A DNA stretch of 64,000 nt from a virus (IMGVR_UViG_3300047557_001693:28532-92531); one strand, 5' to 3'. Counted from the first letter of the stretch, positions 49,373-59,638 are shown. Program-made: numbers and translations. The notes: a model not told the origin generated them from the letters alone.

Positions 49373-50242
49373 TTAAATTGGCATAGGAATATTTATTGGA
49401 AGTTTACCATCCAATATTACAGCACAAGCCACTACTGGCTTTCTAGTGTTCTGTTTACCATATGCAAAAGCATATTTCTCATGGTCTATACCACAACCTA
49501 CAGTTACTCCAAATATTAAATCCTTGTAACTTGCCAAGAATCTAGTATTCATAACTGTATGTAGGTGACCTATTACTGTAGATTGTCTGTTTTCTCTAGC
49601 AGCATTAATAGCTGCCATTTCACCAGACATACCAGTACCATGTTGATAAATAACACCATTTACTTGATGTACAAAATCCCATTCCCATGTTGGAGGACTT
49701 TGTAATAATTCCTGATATGTCTTTAACCAAGTTTTAGGTAAACCTGCAGAGAAAGCTTTTCTAAATGGTAATGCATCATGATTCCCAATACAAACTTTAA
49801 CATTGGGAAATGTGTAATACCATCTTTTCATTCTTTCTAATGCAAGGTTAAACTCATCACCTGCTGACATACCTTCAGGGTCTTTCTCATGATAGCTAAT
49901 AGCATGATTATCAACTGCATCACCTATATGAATTACAGTACCACAATCATACTCTTGTTGAATCTTTCTACAGAATTCAAGATAACCTTCTTTTGTAAAA
50001 GGTTCATGAGGGTCACCTATAACCAATACATTATCTGGATCTCCATCTAAGTATGGTTCTACCCAACCCTCACTATACTTTTCTACATTCCTGAAAAGTT
50101 CTTTAGCTAACCTAATTATCTCTGAATTACTTTCACCAGTAAGTTCACTGATTTTATCAGCTGACTTTTTATAATAACCTGGTTTTGATTTCAGAAACTC
50201 GTATACAAGGTTTATCCTTGCATTGTAACTTAATTTACTCAT
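49373..50242 (-). CDS. Calcineurin-like metallophosphoesterase with an N-terminal HTH-like segment
   Basis: Motifs 'GDPH', 'GDAVD', 'GNHD', 'QHG' and 'GHLH'. Confidence 0.88.
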   Translation of the reverse strand: MSKLSYNARINLVYEFLKSKPGYYKKSADKISELTGESNSEIIRLAKELFRNVEKYSEGWVEPYLDGDPDNVLVIGDPHEPFTKEGYLEFCRKIQQEYDCGTVIHIGDAVDNHAISYHEKDPEGMSAGDEFNLALERMKRWYYTFPNVKVCIGNHDALPFRKAFSAGLPKTWLKTYQELLQSPPTWEWDFVHQVNGVIYQHGTGMSGEMAAINAARENRQSTVIGHLHTVMNTRFLASYKDLIFGVTVGCGIDHEKYAFAYGKQNTRKPVVACAVILDGKLPINIPMPI

Positions 50243-50256
50243 ATAGTTTCTTTTTA

Positions 50257-50264
50257 CAAATATA
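50257..50264 (-). promoter_or_regulatory. Bacteroidota -7 promoter element
   Basis: CAAATATA on + (TATATTTG on -), 14 nt upstream of the start at 50242. Confidence 0.55.
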
Positions 50265-50273
50265 AGAAGATAA

Positions 50274-50864
50274 TTAACTTATAATATCTTCAGGTTCATC
50301 TGCATTCTTATACTTGAGATAATAAGTTTCCTGTTCTAGATCAGGAATAGAAGATAGTTCTGCATCTTCTGGAAGCTTCATGTCTATCTTATTTTCTATT
50401 TCTAATCTTCTCCACTCTTTTTTATAAAGAACTCCTGCTGGACCAAATTTATCTGATGACGTAACTGAGTAAAAATCTAATATTTGTTTTTTATCTTCAG
50501 CCCTAAATTTAGAATATGCACCTTTGTCAAATAATTCTAATGATTTTTTAGATAAGTTTGATATTTCAAACACTATTATTATACTAAATTTATCATTATC
50601 AATTATTGAGTGAAAAGATGAATATCTTTTAAACTTATTCAATAATTCTTCAAATTGTGGATGAGGACTAAACTTATAAACTACAAAAATGTGAGTATCC
50701 AAATCAGGAAACTCTTCACAGTATCTGAATGCATTGACAAAATTACATTTAGGAAAGTGTTCACTATCCTTAAAGTCTGCAAGTTTGCCATTCTTATTTG
50801 CAATTAATGGAAGCAAATAAGCAACAGTTTTTGTTTTTATATTTTTTATTTCATCCAAACTCAT
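50274..50864 (-). CDS. Conserved crAss-like hypothetical protein
   Basis: 196-aa ORF with 'YLLP', 'GAYSKF' and 'AELSSIP' motifs, next to the exonuclease. Confidence 0.6.
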   Translation of the reverse strand: MSLDEIKNIKTKTVAYLLPLIANKNGKLADFKDSEHFPKCNFVNAFRYCEEFPDLDTHIFVVYKFSPHPQFEELLNKFKRYSSFHSIIDNDKFSIIIVFEISNLSKKSLELFDKGAYSKFRAEDKKQILDFYSVTSSDKFGPAGVLYKKEWRRLEIENKIDMKLPEDAELSSIPDLEQETYYLKYKNADEPEDIIS

Positions 50865-51607
50865 ATAACAAGATTATCTACATCAACATTTATTGGATTC
50901 AAAAACCCAGTAGCTGGAAAATCATCTTTTATTTTTAGACATATATAATTCTGATAAAACTTTGATATTCCATGATATTCACCATACTGATTAATGTATT
51001 CTTGAAAAACAATATTTCTCATAGATTCAACATCATCTATATTTAATAACAGTTTATCAGCAAAGGATTTACCTTTACCTTCTAAACCTTTAATATTATC
51101 TGCTGAGTCACCTATAATCATAGATTTCCAAAAATATAAATTAGCATCTTCTTCAGTTACAGTTACCCATTCATTCTTTTTATAGTTATAATGAGTACCT
51201 TCTAACATAAGAAGGTCTTTATCTATAGCACAGATTATGCTACCATCAACCTTTACTCTGACACTATTTACCATATCATCAGCTTCAATACCATGTAATG
51301 CAATAAACTTCCACTTATCTATCATATGATTTTTAATATCTTTAAGATATTTAAGTGGTTCTCTATCCTTCCTATTAGCTTTATATTCAGGATATACTGC
51401 ATTTCTTTCAGTACATTTACCAAAACCTACAAAGCCAATATATTTACTGACTCCAATAGTTATTAGTATATTGCTTATGATTTGATCAGTAGATTTTAAA
51501 ATGTCTTCTAAAGATTTATCAAAAGTTTTATTATCAGAATCCCAATGTGCTATAAAACATATGCTATCAGCATCAATTACGGCTACTCTTTCTGATTGTA
51601 ATTCCAT
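50861..51607 (-). CDS. 5'-3' exonuclease (T7 gp6 / RNase H-like flap nuclease)
   Basis: 'IDADS', 'YPEYKANR', 'EADD', 'DKDL' and 'GDSADNIKGL.GKG'. Confidence 0.92.
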   Translation of the reverse strand: MELQSERVAVIDADSICFIAHWDSDNKTFDKSLEDILKSTDQIISNILITIGVSKYIGFVGFGKCTERNAVYPEYKANRKDREPLKYLKDIKNHMIDKWKFIALHGIEADDMVNSVRVKVDGSIICAIDKDLLMLEGTHYNYKKNEWVTVTEEDANLYFWKSMIIGDSADNIKGLEGKGKSFADKLLLNIDDVESMRNIVFQEYINQYGEYHGISKFYQNYICLKIKDDFPATGFLNPINVDVDNLVI

Positions 51608-52013
51608 GTTGAAGTAATTTTTTAATTATAAGATACCAGTCTTCTTTTTTTAATACCACAACCTCATCCTTTTCTTTCTTGTGAAATACTACGTTAACGT
51701 AATCTTCCCTTTCTGGTACAAGTTTGGGGATACTTTCTTCCATATCTTCAAGAACAAGAAAAACATTTAGACCTGATTTAACAGCTTTACATTGTATATT
51801 ATAAGTAACACCATTGACATCTATCTTGGCATCATCCATAATTCTACTTGTAGCTCTTGTTGTAGCAGCTCTGTCAAAACCTAGGTCTTTTAGTTCTTTA
51901 ACTATCTTTCTTTCATAATTATGTCCTATTCTTCTAACATTAGGTTTAGACTTAATTTTTTCAGAAGGTAGTTCATTCTTATTCTTGATCTTCTTTCTAT
52001 CTGGTTTCCTCAT
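51573..52013 (-). CDS. PD-(D/E)XK Holliday junction resolvase-like nuclease
   Basis: 'GHNYERKIVKELK..GF', 'DDAKIDV' and 'IQCK' motifs. Confidence 0.75.
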   Translation of the reverse strand: MRKPDRKKIKNKNELPSEKIKSKPNVRRIGHNYERKIVKELKDLGFDRAATTRATSRIMDDAKIDVNGVTYNIQCKAVKSGLNVFLVLEDMEESIPKLVPEREDYVNVVFHKKEKDEVVVLKKEDWYLIIKKLLQHGITIRKSSRN

Positions 52014-52188
52014 AAGTTTTGTTATTAGTAAGCATATTAATCACATCTTGATATGCTTCAACTTTACCTTCATAAAACCTTATAGTTAAATCATCAGCTG
52101 TAATAGTATCAAGCTCAGTTGCTACTCTATCACAAGCATCTCTTTTCTTATAAAGAACTTGAAGTAAAGATTCTATTAATTTATCCAT
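51997..52188 (-). CDS. Small hypothetical protein
   Basis: ATG start MDKLIE at 52188, just after a -7 element (52192-52199); 'YEGKVEAYQDVI'. Confidence 0.55.
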   Translation of the reverse strand: MDKLIESLLQVLYKKRDACDRVATELDTITADDLTIRFYEGKVEAYQDVINMLTNNKTYEETR

Positions 52189-52200
52189 ACACAAATATAT

Positions 52201-52228
52201 AAAAAGTGGGAGACAAAATCCCCCACTT
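52201..52228 (-). terminator. Intrinsic terminator
   Basis: On -: AAGTGGGGGA-ttttg-TCTCCCACTT-TTT, followed by a TATATTTG promoter element at 52192-52199. Confidence 0.75.
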
Positions 52229-52244
52229 AAGTTGTTAATGGAAA

Positions 52245-52541
52245 TTAACCTTCAGTAACAAAAGCATTTACTTCTGCAGAATAGTTAGTTTCAGGATAGT
52301 TAGATGTAACTTCTGAAACAATAGTATTTGGAATGTCAGTAGTTGGTTTAACTGGCATGTCAAATACAGGATTAATTACATAATCAACTGTTGTAGCTGT
52401 TGGTTTAGCAAATCCAAATGTAACAAGTACATTTCTCATATCTTTAATAGATACACCAAAATGGTCTGCCATTGTTTTAATGTCTGTTTTGTATGCTTTA
52501 AAAGCAGCAACTTCTCTTTGTGAGATATTAATAGTTCTCAT
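52245..52541 (-). CDS. Small HTH-like hypothetical protein
   Basis: 'IKTMADHFGVSIKDMRNVL' resembles a helix-turn-helix. Confidence 0.5.
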   Translation of the reverse strand: MRTINISQREVAAFKAYKTDIKTMADHFGVSIKDMRNVLVTFGFAKPTATTVDYVINPVFDMPVKPTTDIPNTIVSEVTSNYPETNYSAEVNAFVTEG

Positions 52542-53566
52542 AATAAATAATCATTTAAATTTATTGTTAATTGTTTAGTTAGATCATATCCCTTAATGGA
52601 TATGTAATCTGAAATATCTTTTATACCATCAGGTATGAGAAAACTTCTTATTCCAAATTTCTCTGAAAACTTCTTCATATTAGAAATACCTGTTTCATCA
52701 TTGTCATAGTTAATTATTATCTCTTTAAATCTTAATGATAATAATTCAAACTGATTTTCATTTAGAAACATCATTTCACTTTGTGGACTAATTGCATTTA
52801 TACCAAACAATCTGAATACCATGCAATCTTTTAAGCCTTTTGTTATAACTAGTTTATCAGACTGTTGTTCTAATTGATTCCAACCACTAAATATGTGTCT
52901 TGGAATATTACTAGTCCATTTCTTACTTTTCTCAGCATTTGGTCTAAGAATTTTTCTCATACCATTACCATGCTCATAACTATATGCATAATCTTCAACA
53001 GACTCTGTATATACATTTACAAGTTCTTCATTATTTACACTTATCCAATAATCTGTAATAGGAACTACATTATAAAAATTAAGTATATCTCTGTTGAGAT
53101 AGTATTTATCCCAATAGATATCACTACCTCTCCAATCTCTCTTTTTAATCTTTATAACTGTACTATACCTATCAAGCTTATCAGGTAAGCCTACATAATT
53201 CAGAGATGGTATAATTTTTTTATTGTCTAACTTCTTGATGATACCTAAATCATTAGCTATAATTCTAAGAGTTTCTTGAAAATTTAAATCTTCATTAAAC
53301 TTGACTTTCATGTACCTCTGTACATATGAAAAACAATCATGATATTCTCCTGTACCAAAATCCTTATAATACAATCCTTTAGGAAATGCTTTAATAGAAC
53401 ATGATGGAGTTTTATCAAATCTTAAATCTGAGCAAAATAATTTATTTACATCAATAAAGTTCTTACAATAATACTTAAAGATTTGGTACTCAGAAACTTC
53501 TCTGAGCACCATATCTTTAGTAAAGTGATTTACATCAACACCACCAAAATTAGAATGGTAAGTCAT
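52538..53566 (-). CDS. dnaG: DNA primase (DnaG-like TOPRIM, crAss type)
   Basis: Degenerate Zn-binding region 'CSDLRFDKTPSC...YKDFGTG'; TOPRIM motifs 'ITKGLKDCM', 'PQSE', 'YDNDETG' and 'KDISD'. Confidence 0.85.
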   Translation of the reverse strand: MTYHSNFGGVDVNHFTKDMVLREVSEYQIFKYYCKNFIDVNKLFCSDLRFDKTPSCSIKAFPKGLYYKDFGTGEYHDCFSYVQRYMKVKFNEDLNFQETLRIIANDLGIIKKLDNKKIIPSLNYVGLPDKLDRYSTVIKIKKRDWRGSDIYWDKYYLNRDILNFYNVVPITDYWISVNNEELVNVYTESVEDYAYSYEHGNGMRKILRPNAEKSKKWTSNIPRHIFSGWNQLEQQSDKLVITKGLKDCMVFRLFGINAISPQSEMMFLNENQFELLSLRFKEIIINYDNDETGISNMKKFSEKFGIRSFLIPDGIKDISDYISIKGYDLTKQLTINLNDYLL

Positions 53567-54110
53567 TGGCTGTTGTTGGAGCTACAAATGAATCAGTATC
53601 TGGAACTTTAGCAACAGGCTTTACATCTCTGTCTTCATTAAATACCAATTTGGTACTAGCTACTGCAGGATATTCAGCACCATCTTGAATTGCTTCTGCA
53701 AATTCTGGAAGACCAATAGAAGCTCTTAGTCCAGTATTACCATCTTGTTTAAGATAACCTTCACCATTGAATTTAATTCTCAATGAATTACCAGCAAGTT
53801 TATTGTTGTATACTTCACCAAGTTCTTCAATAGTGTTGGCTTTAGAAGAAAGATAATCAGCATCTTTTACAACTTTAGTAAAGATGTGTCTAATTTTCTT
53901 GTAAGATGTAGGTGCTGCTTTTTCTGAAAGATAGAAACGGAAATCAGTAGTTGCTTCTGCATCACCATCTTTTAGATAAAGAGAGAATGTAATTACAGGA
54001 TTACCATTTTGATTAGTTTCACCTTTAACAGATTTAATTGTTACTTCATGAATGCCTGGTCTAATATACTTAGGCTTGTTTACTTCTTGAACATCTTGTC
54101 CACCGAACAT
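53550..54110 (-). CDS. Single-stranded DNA-binding protein (phage type)
   Basis: OB-like beta N-terminus 'PGIHEVTIKSV' and an SSB-like C-terminal tail 'NDLPF'; adjacent to the Sak4-like ATPase. Confidence 0.65.
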   Translation of the reverse strand: MFGGQDVQEVNKPKYIRPGIHEVTIKSVKGETNQNGNPVITFSLYLKDGDAEATTDFRFYLSEKAAPTSYKKIRHIFTKVVKDADYLSSKANTIEELGEVYNNKLAGNSLRIKFNGEGYLKQDGNTGLRASIGLPEFAEAIQDGAEYPAVASTKLVFNEDRDVKPVAKVPDTDSFVAPTTANDLPF

Positions 54111-54134
54111 AATTTTAAAATTTATTTATTGTTA

Positions 54135-54863
54135 TTATTTAAGGAATACTTTATCCCAATTGCCTGTTAGTTTACCATCAACCATTTCAGTTAATGTAAT
54201 TTCTTGATTCTTCAAGTGGTCAGGTCTTGCACCACATGTTACTTCTTCTGAAGTTTTAAAGTTTAGAGTCACTTTATCAGACTTTCTGCTCAATAAACCA
54301 ATAGCATCTGCTTTAGCACATACAATAGATTTAATCTTACCTGATAAATCTAAGTCTACTGCTGATACTTCTTTACCATTAGTTTCTAGCATTTTATCTT
54401 TTAAGTGACCTAGTAGAATAATACTACCATCTTCTGGTACCAATGTTTCAATGTAATCTAGAATCTTAAAGAAAGCCTCTCTAAGATATAGATAACCTGC
54501 ACCATTAGGTAATTTCAACACACTATCACCTGCAAAGTTCTTACCCATAGGAGTTTCCATATAGAGTGTCTTTGCATATGATAGACACATTTCTTCCAAT
54601 GCAGTAACAGTATCTACTGCAATGTACTTGTAAGGTTTATTAGCTTTAACAATTTCCTGACCAACAGCTTTCAATGTTGCAAGACTATCAATTTTAAGTT
54701 TGAGAGCTTCAACATAATCAGAGCCATTCTCGAAGTCTAGAATTAGACAATTATCTAACAGAGCCAAGGCTGATGTTTTACCAGCCTTTGGCTTTGAATA
54801 GATAACCATCCTCTTAGGGTTAGCTCTTGTAGCAGCTACCTTTTGAGTTGGTAAATTAATCAT
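54135..54863 (-). CDS. AAA_24 / Sak4-like ATPase (recombination)
   Basis: Walker A 'SKPKAGKTS', 'LDFENGS', Walker B 'IAVDTVT', 'LPNGAGY' and 'GARP.HL'. Confidence 0.85.
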   Translation of the reverse strand: MINLPTQKVAATRANPKRMVIYSKPKAGKTSALALLDNCLILDFENGSDYVEALKLKIDSLATLKAVGQEIVKANKPYKYIAVDTVTALEEMCLSYAKTLYMETPMGKNFAGDSVLKLPNGAGYLYLREAFFKILDYIETLVPEDGSIILLGHLKDKMLETNGKEVSAVDLDLSGKIKSIVCAKADAIGLLSRKSDKVTLNFKTSEEVTCGARPDHLKNQEITLTEMVDGKLTGNWDKVFLK

Positions 54864-54864
54864 G

Positions 54865-55206
54865 TTACAGTTTAGCAGCTAATTCTAAAATGCGTTCTAC
54901 TAATACAGGATACAAACCAGGATATTGACTCTTAACTAAGTCAATAGGAGTACCACCAATGATAATTGGTGTTCTCTGACCATCTCTGTTCTGTAATTCT
55001 GTCTTAGGAACAACAGTTGTTAATTCAAGCACTTTACATAGAGTGTTAATGCTATCAATAGCTTCAACTCTTGTATCACAAGGATAGCGTTGAGTTTTAA
55101 TCTCATTAACATAAGCAATGTATTCTGCTTTCATTTGTTCACTAGGATCAGTTGTTTCTGATACATTCTCAACCACAGGGGTTTCTTCGTTTTGTACAAT
55201 TTCCAT
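54865..55206 (-). CDS. Hypothetical protein
   Basis: 113-aa ORF tightly packed in the operon. Confidence 0.55.
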   Translation of the reverse strand: MEIVQNEETPVVENVSETTDPSEQMKAEYIAYVNEIKTQRYPCDTRVEAIDSINTLCKVLELTTVVPKTELQNRDGQRTPIIIGGTPIDLVKSQYPGLYPVLVERILELAAKL

Positions 55207-55231
55207 TTTAATTTAATTGTTTACTTGTTTA

Positions 55232-56464
55232 TTAATAATATCCTCTTTCATTTAAATAACCATATCCTAATCTAGGATTTAAAGTTTCCTGATCATAGAA
55301 TGTACTCTTATCATCTACATAGTTAAAACAATCCATACAATAATACTGTGACATAGTATTATCATATTTCACATTTCTATGCTGACAATTCTCATCAAAT
55401 AATCCAAGCTGTTTAGATAATGTTTTATTTTCTAAATCATCTTGTCTTTTAAGTTCTTCCTCTTCATTCATATAATCAATAAACTCTTCAATCATATCTG
55501 ACAAATAAGGATAATCAGGTTGTGCAGAATCAACAATTCTATCATAATTTTCTATAAAGTCAATAAAAAAGTCAAATGCAATACTATATGCATAAGACAT
55601 TTTATTAGATTTTATATACTTTGGGCTACTCTTAAATAAAGCATATAGTTTATCATATAATGGACCTTTACCTTGAGCTTTATGATATACAGGTTTATCT
55701 GCAGGTCTAACATAAGTATACTGCTTATCAGCAGATAAAATAATATCAAGAATTACATTATAACAAACTTCAACTTGTGATATTACTACATACTCTGTTG
55801 AAGTATGAGGATTATGATAACCACAAGATATGTTGAAACATGCAATACCAACATTTCTTTTAGATAGTGCACCAACATCTGTTGCAATGCCAGTACATTC
55901 TTTATACTTATAACCTTCTAGGATTGGTGCTACAAATGTACTAAATTCTTGGTCAAATAATTTAACCCCATTAGAATAATTTATAAAATCTGCATCACCT
56001 TTTCTATCTGCTTGACCTATAAACTTACAATCTTTGAAGAAATCTAAATCACAGGAATTAGAACCTATGCATCCAATTTCTTCTTGAAGGAAGAATGCAA
56101 CTTTGATATTATCTACAGCATCTAACAGATTTAGACACATAAATACACCTACAAGATCATCACCACCAGTACCTACTTGTCTAGCACCATCAAATGCTAA
56201 CAAGTAATCACCATTTCTGACAATAGTTTTATTAGGACAGAATCTATGAACCTGATCTAAATGTGACACTACACAAGGGTAAAGATCTGCTTTACCTTTA
56301 GTAACATATATATTACCATGTGCATCTTCTTCTACAACTAAAGAGTATTTATTGTTAAGTAATTTAAGATAATTGTTAAGTGTTGGTATTATTTGTTCTT
56401 TCTCTTTAGAAGATTCAGACTGCCAGCCTAAAACTTCAATTAATAATTCTTCATTAAAAGTCAT
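55232..56464 (-). CDS. M28/M20-family zinc peptidase with a C-terminal Cys/His cluster
   Basis: 'SHLDQV', 'GGDDLVG', 'QEEIGC.GS', 'DRKG' and 'GYHNPHT'; C-terminal 'CQH...YYCMDC'. Confidence 0.85.
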   Translation of the reverse strand: MTFNEELLIEVLGWQSESSKEKEQIIPTLNNYLKLLNNKYSLVVEEDAHGNIYVTKGKADLYPCVVSHLDQVHRFCPNKTIVRNGDYLLAFDGARQVGTGGDDLVGVFMCLNLLDAVDNIKVAFFLQEEIGCIGSNSCDLDFFKDCKFIGQADRKGDADFINYSNGVKLFDQEFSTFVAPILEGYKYKECTGIATDVGALSKRNVGIACFNISCGYHNPHTSTEYVVISQVEVCYNVILDIILSADKQYTYVRPADKPVYHKAQGKGPLYDKLYALFKSSPKYIKSNKMSYAYSIAFDFFIDFIENYDRIVDSAQPDYPYLSDMIEEFIDYMNEEEELKRQDDLENKTLSKQLGLFDENCQHRNVKYDNTMSQYYCMDCFNYVDDKSTFYDQETLNPRLGYGYLNERGYY

Positions 56465-58040
56465 TGTTATTATTATTTGTCATTGTTATTTCAGGAACTT
56501 GTTCTTCAGTCTCATCTAATTCTTCTAACCATTCATCTTCTTCTAAATCATCATCATCTAATGATACAATATCAGGTAATAGTTGATAAGAACCATTAAT
56601 ATTTCTTACAGAATTAATATCATAAACATGTTCTAATGAATATAAAACATTATCCTCATTTACAAACTTACCACTTAATGGACATTTAAATGTATCTTTT
56701 AATGTTGATACACTTAACTGAGAAGTTTCACTATTAAGTAAATTAAAATTGTCTAGATATGGTAAACCATATGGACTATTGATAGAAGTTTGTCTATTAA
56801 TATGTAAATCATACTGTGATCTATATGATGCAGATGTTACTTTAGATGGAATATAATTCAAATCAACAATAAAATTCTTATCATATTTATTTTCCCAATA
56901 ACCAGGAGACATTTTTGTAATATCTTTATTACCACCATTAGCCCACTTTCTATGATTATAGATATTAACAAAACCATTTTCTGAAGCATATCTATGAAAC
57001 AATGATATAAGCTTTGTATCACAAACATAAATTCTATCCATAACTTTAGTACCATCTGTTGTAGTCCATAGTAATGCTCTACCTAAAATAGAATTTACAT
57101 TCTTTGGTTTCATTACAATTAAACTAACATTGTTATTTAAAGCATAGAATCTAATTTGACTCTGATTAGCATCATTACGCATACAAGAACTACCTAACTC
57201 ACCTGAATTTTTAAAATAATTATTGTAGTGATAATAATATTCAATTTTCTCACCACTAACAATTTCAAATAATTCAGGATCATAACTATTTAGCATCTTA
57301 TTATATTCTAAATATGCTTGTATCTTCTTTTCATCAAAATCTTTAAATGATTTTATAAAAAACTTACTATATGATACAGTTCTCATGTAATTAGTAAAAT
57401 GATTAACATTATCATTAGCATACTCATTATCATAACCTGCTTTAATCATACTAACAACTGCTTGTAGATATTTAGCTTTAGTAAGATATGTAATAGTATT
57501 ATTTTCTTCTTTCACATAATGATAGAATTCATCTAATGCACTTGCATTATCAATTGAATATGTATCAAATGACTTATTAATAATATTATTAGATATTCTA
57601 CTAAATCCACCCATGTTATTACCACATATATCAATATGCTTATCTACTTTAAACTTTGCTATAATACAATACTCTGATCCTTTCTCATATATAGTGTAAT
57701 CAAGATTATATACATCACAAATACTATCTATATTATTATGAGTATATAGTGATGATATGCCAGCTCTATTACTTCTGAGTTGTATAGTAGGATTTATCAA
57801 AATTTGAGTTCTTCTCTTACTTTGTACATAAGTTAAATACTCATAATAATTGCGATCATAACTATAATAATAACTATTTTTAATTATAAGTATTTTGTTT
57901 TTTGGATTAGCAGGATCTTGTGCAAAGTTTATATAAATAAACCTACTAGATTTATTTAATGAAATATAGTATTGTAATTCTGCTGGTAGTTTTAATTTTA
58001 TTGTGTTTCTTGAAACTTGACTAATTATTATTTTACTCAT
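56454..58040 (-). CDS. Conserved phage hypothetical protein (SCMR / GRALLW / MDRIY family)
   Basis: 'GELGSSCMR', 'ILGRALLW', 'MDRIY' and 'PYLD' motifs; acidic tail; overlaps the peptidase start. Confidence 0.6.
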   Translation of the reverse strand: MSKIIISQVSRNTIKLKLPAELQYYISLNKSSRFIYINFAQDPANPKNKILIIKNSYYYSYDRNYYEYLTYVQSKRRTQILINPTIQLRSNRAGISSLYTHNNIDSICDVYNLDYTIYEKGSEYCIIAKFKVDKHIDICGNNMGGFSRISNNIINKSFDTYSIDNASALDEFYHYVKEENNTITYLTKAKYLQAVVSMIKAGYDNEYANDNVNHFTNYMRTVSYSKFFIKSFKDFDEKKIQAYLEYNKMLNSYDPELFEIVSGEKIEYYYHYNNYFKNSGELGSSCMRNDANQSQIRFYALNNNVSLIVMKPKNVNSILGRALLWTTTDGTKVMDRIYVCDTKLISLFHRYASENGFVNIYNHRKWANGGNKDITKMSPGYWENKYDKNFIVDLNYIPSKVTSASYRSQYDLHINRQTSINSPYGLPYLDNFNLLNSETSQLSVSTLKDTFKCPLSGKFVNEDNVLYSLEHVYDINSVRNINGSYQLLPDIVSLDDDDLEEDEWLEELDETEEQVPEITMTNNNNNDF

Positions 58041-58050
58041 AATACATAAT

Positions 58051-58088
58051 AAAAAAAGTACCCTACACTATAAGCATAGGGTACTATT
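58051..58088 (-). terminator. Intrinsic terminator
   Basis: On -: AGTACCCTA-tgcttatagtg-TAGGGTACT-TTTTTT. Confidence 0.8.
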
Positions 58089-58103
58089 GTTTATAATTTA
58101 CAG

Positions 58104-58583
58104 TTAGTTTGCTACAAAATCATAAAGTGTAGCTAAGTTACCATAAGCACCATCAGCACTTGTACTTGCTACCCAAGAACCATTTCTATCAACAACATAA
58201 TATTTTGCTGGAGATTTCTTTTGGTTTTTAACTTTTGCAAATAATGCAGCTACAGTTTCATCATCTGGTCTTCTTACATCTTCCAATGTAATATCATCTT
58301 CATCAGATACTGAATTGTGTTCATTTATACAGTTTTCAATGAAATCCATATAATCTTCACTAATCAATGATATAAAAATATCAGCTTCAGATGCTTTTTT
58401 CTGAGCAAATGATTCATTCTTGATAAAATTTACATCATAGTTTTTACTACCAGTAGTAATATACTGATCTTGTTCTAATCTTAACAAGATTTCTGGTTCT
58501 ACATTTAAACCAAGTTGTTCAGCAAATGCTACACAAGCAGTTGCAATTGATAAATCATCTACTAAAAAGATTGATCTTTCCAT
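58104..58583 (-). CDS. Acidic hypothetical protein
   Basis: 159-aa ORF followed by a terminator. Confidence 0.55.
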   Translation of the reverse strand: MERSIFLVDDLSIATACVAFAEQLGLNVEPEILLRLEQDQYITTGSKNYDVNFIKNESFAQKKASEADIFISLISEDYMDFIENCINEHNSVSDEDDITLEDVRRPDDETVAALFAKVKNQKKSPAKYYVVDRNGSWVASTSADGAYGNLATLYDFVAN

Positions 58584-58594
58584 TTTAATTAAAT

Positions 58595-59638
58595 TTAGAT
58601 TTGTTTGTTATAATATTTATTTATTTCTAAACTGTCAGGTTCAGGTAATTCAAAGAATTTACCAGATTCAGGTTTAACATATAGACCTTTTGCTATACCA
58701 TCTCTAGATAATCTGTTCTTGATTATCTTTAACATTAACATTCTGTCTTTTAGTTTACTAATATCATAGCCTAGTGAAGTATCCATATCTAGTTTATATG
58801 GACACATTAGACCTAGAACTACGTCAGCATCTTGATAGGGATTAGTAGTGTCTTTAAAGTCACCTTGAGAAGGAGATAAGTCTACACCTTTAAACTTTTG
58901 TCTGTCAACAGAACTTAAGCCTTGATTAAACTGCTGTAAGACAATAGGTGTAAAACCAAAGAGATTTCTCAAGATTACAAAATACTCACTCATCTTATCC
59001 ATAACTTCCTTAGTCTGAAAGCCTCTCTCTTTTTTCAACAGATACAAATGGTCTAATGCTATAATGTTGTAGCTATTAGGATCATTTGGTTTATAACCAG
59101 CTATTCTTTTCTTTACACTACCATCAGTGTCAGTATAATCTTCAAAGATTACTTCACCATTAGCTACTGCAAACTTAAATAACTCATTGTAAATACCTGT
59201 TGGATTAATAGAATCAAATCTAAAGTTTATACTGTCTGCCATTTGTTCTACAATAGGTATGACATTAAAAACTATTTGTTTCTCTTCATCTGTTAATCTG
59301 AAATTACCTAAACCTTTAATTTTCTCAGGAGGAATTACTATTCCATGTAACTGATAGATAATACTAGATGTCCAGTTACACATCTTAGTTATCTTATCTA
59401 TCTCAAAGGAATAATAAAAAACATTGTACTTAATATTATTGTCTTGAGCATTCTTAATAGCATTTCTTATCATATAGTCTAGTAGTGTGGTCTTATAAGT
59501 ACCAGAACTACCACCTATCAAATAATAAGTACCTCTTTGAATACCAAATACATATTTATTAAGTGTGTCAAATCCATTTGATAAGCCCTGATACTTACCA
59601 CTTAGACCTTGTTCAATTCTTGTAGTTAGAAAACTCAT
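58595..59638 (-). CDS. dnaB: DnaB-like replicative helicase (crAss type)
   Basis: 'GLSNGFDTLN', Walker A 'GGSSGTYKTT', 'SFEI', 'IALDHL', 'QQFN', 'QDADVV' and 'IKNR'. Confidence 0.88.
   Translation of the reverse strand: MSFLTTRIEQGLSGKYQGLSNGFDTLNKYVFGIQRGTYYLIGGSSGTYKTTLLDYMIRNAIKNAQDNNIKYNVFYYSFEIDKITKMCNWTSSIIYQLHGIVIPPEKIKGLGNFRLTDEEKQIVFNVIPIVEQMADSINFRFDSINPTGIYNELFKFAVANGEVIFEDYTDTDGSVKKRIAGYKPNDPNSYNIIALDHLYLLKKERGFQTKEVMDKMSEYFVILRNLFGFTPIVLQQFNQGLSSVDRQKFKGVDLSPSQGDFKDTTNPYQDADVVLGLMCPYKLDMDTSLGYDISKLKDRMLMLKIIKNRLSRDGIAKGLYVKPESGKFFELPEPDSLEINKYYNKQI

Noticed and set aside
47386-59638. Inteins or introns in nrdJ, primase or DnaB
   Set aside because: Protein lengths are normal and motifs contiguous; no intein splice-junction motifs seen.
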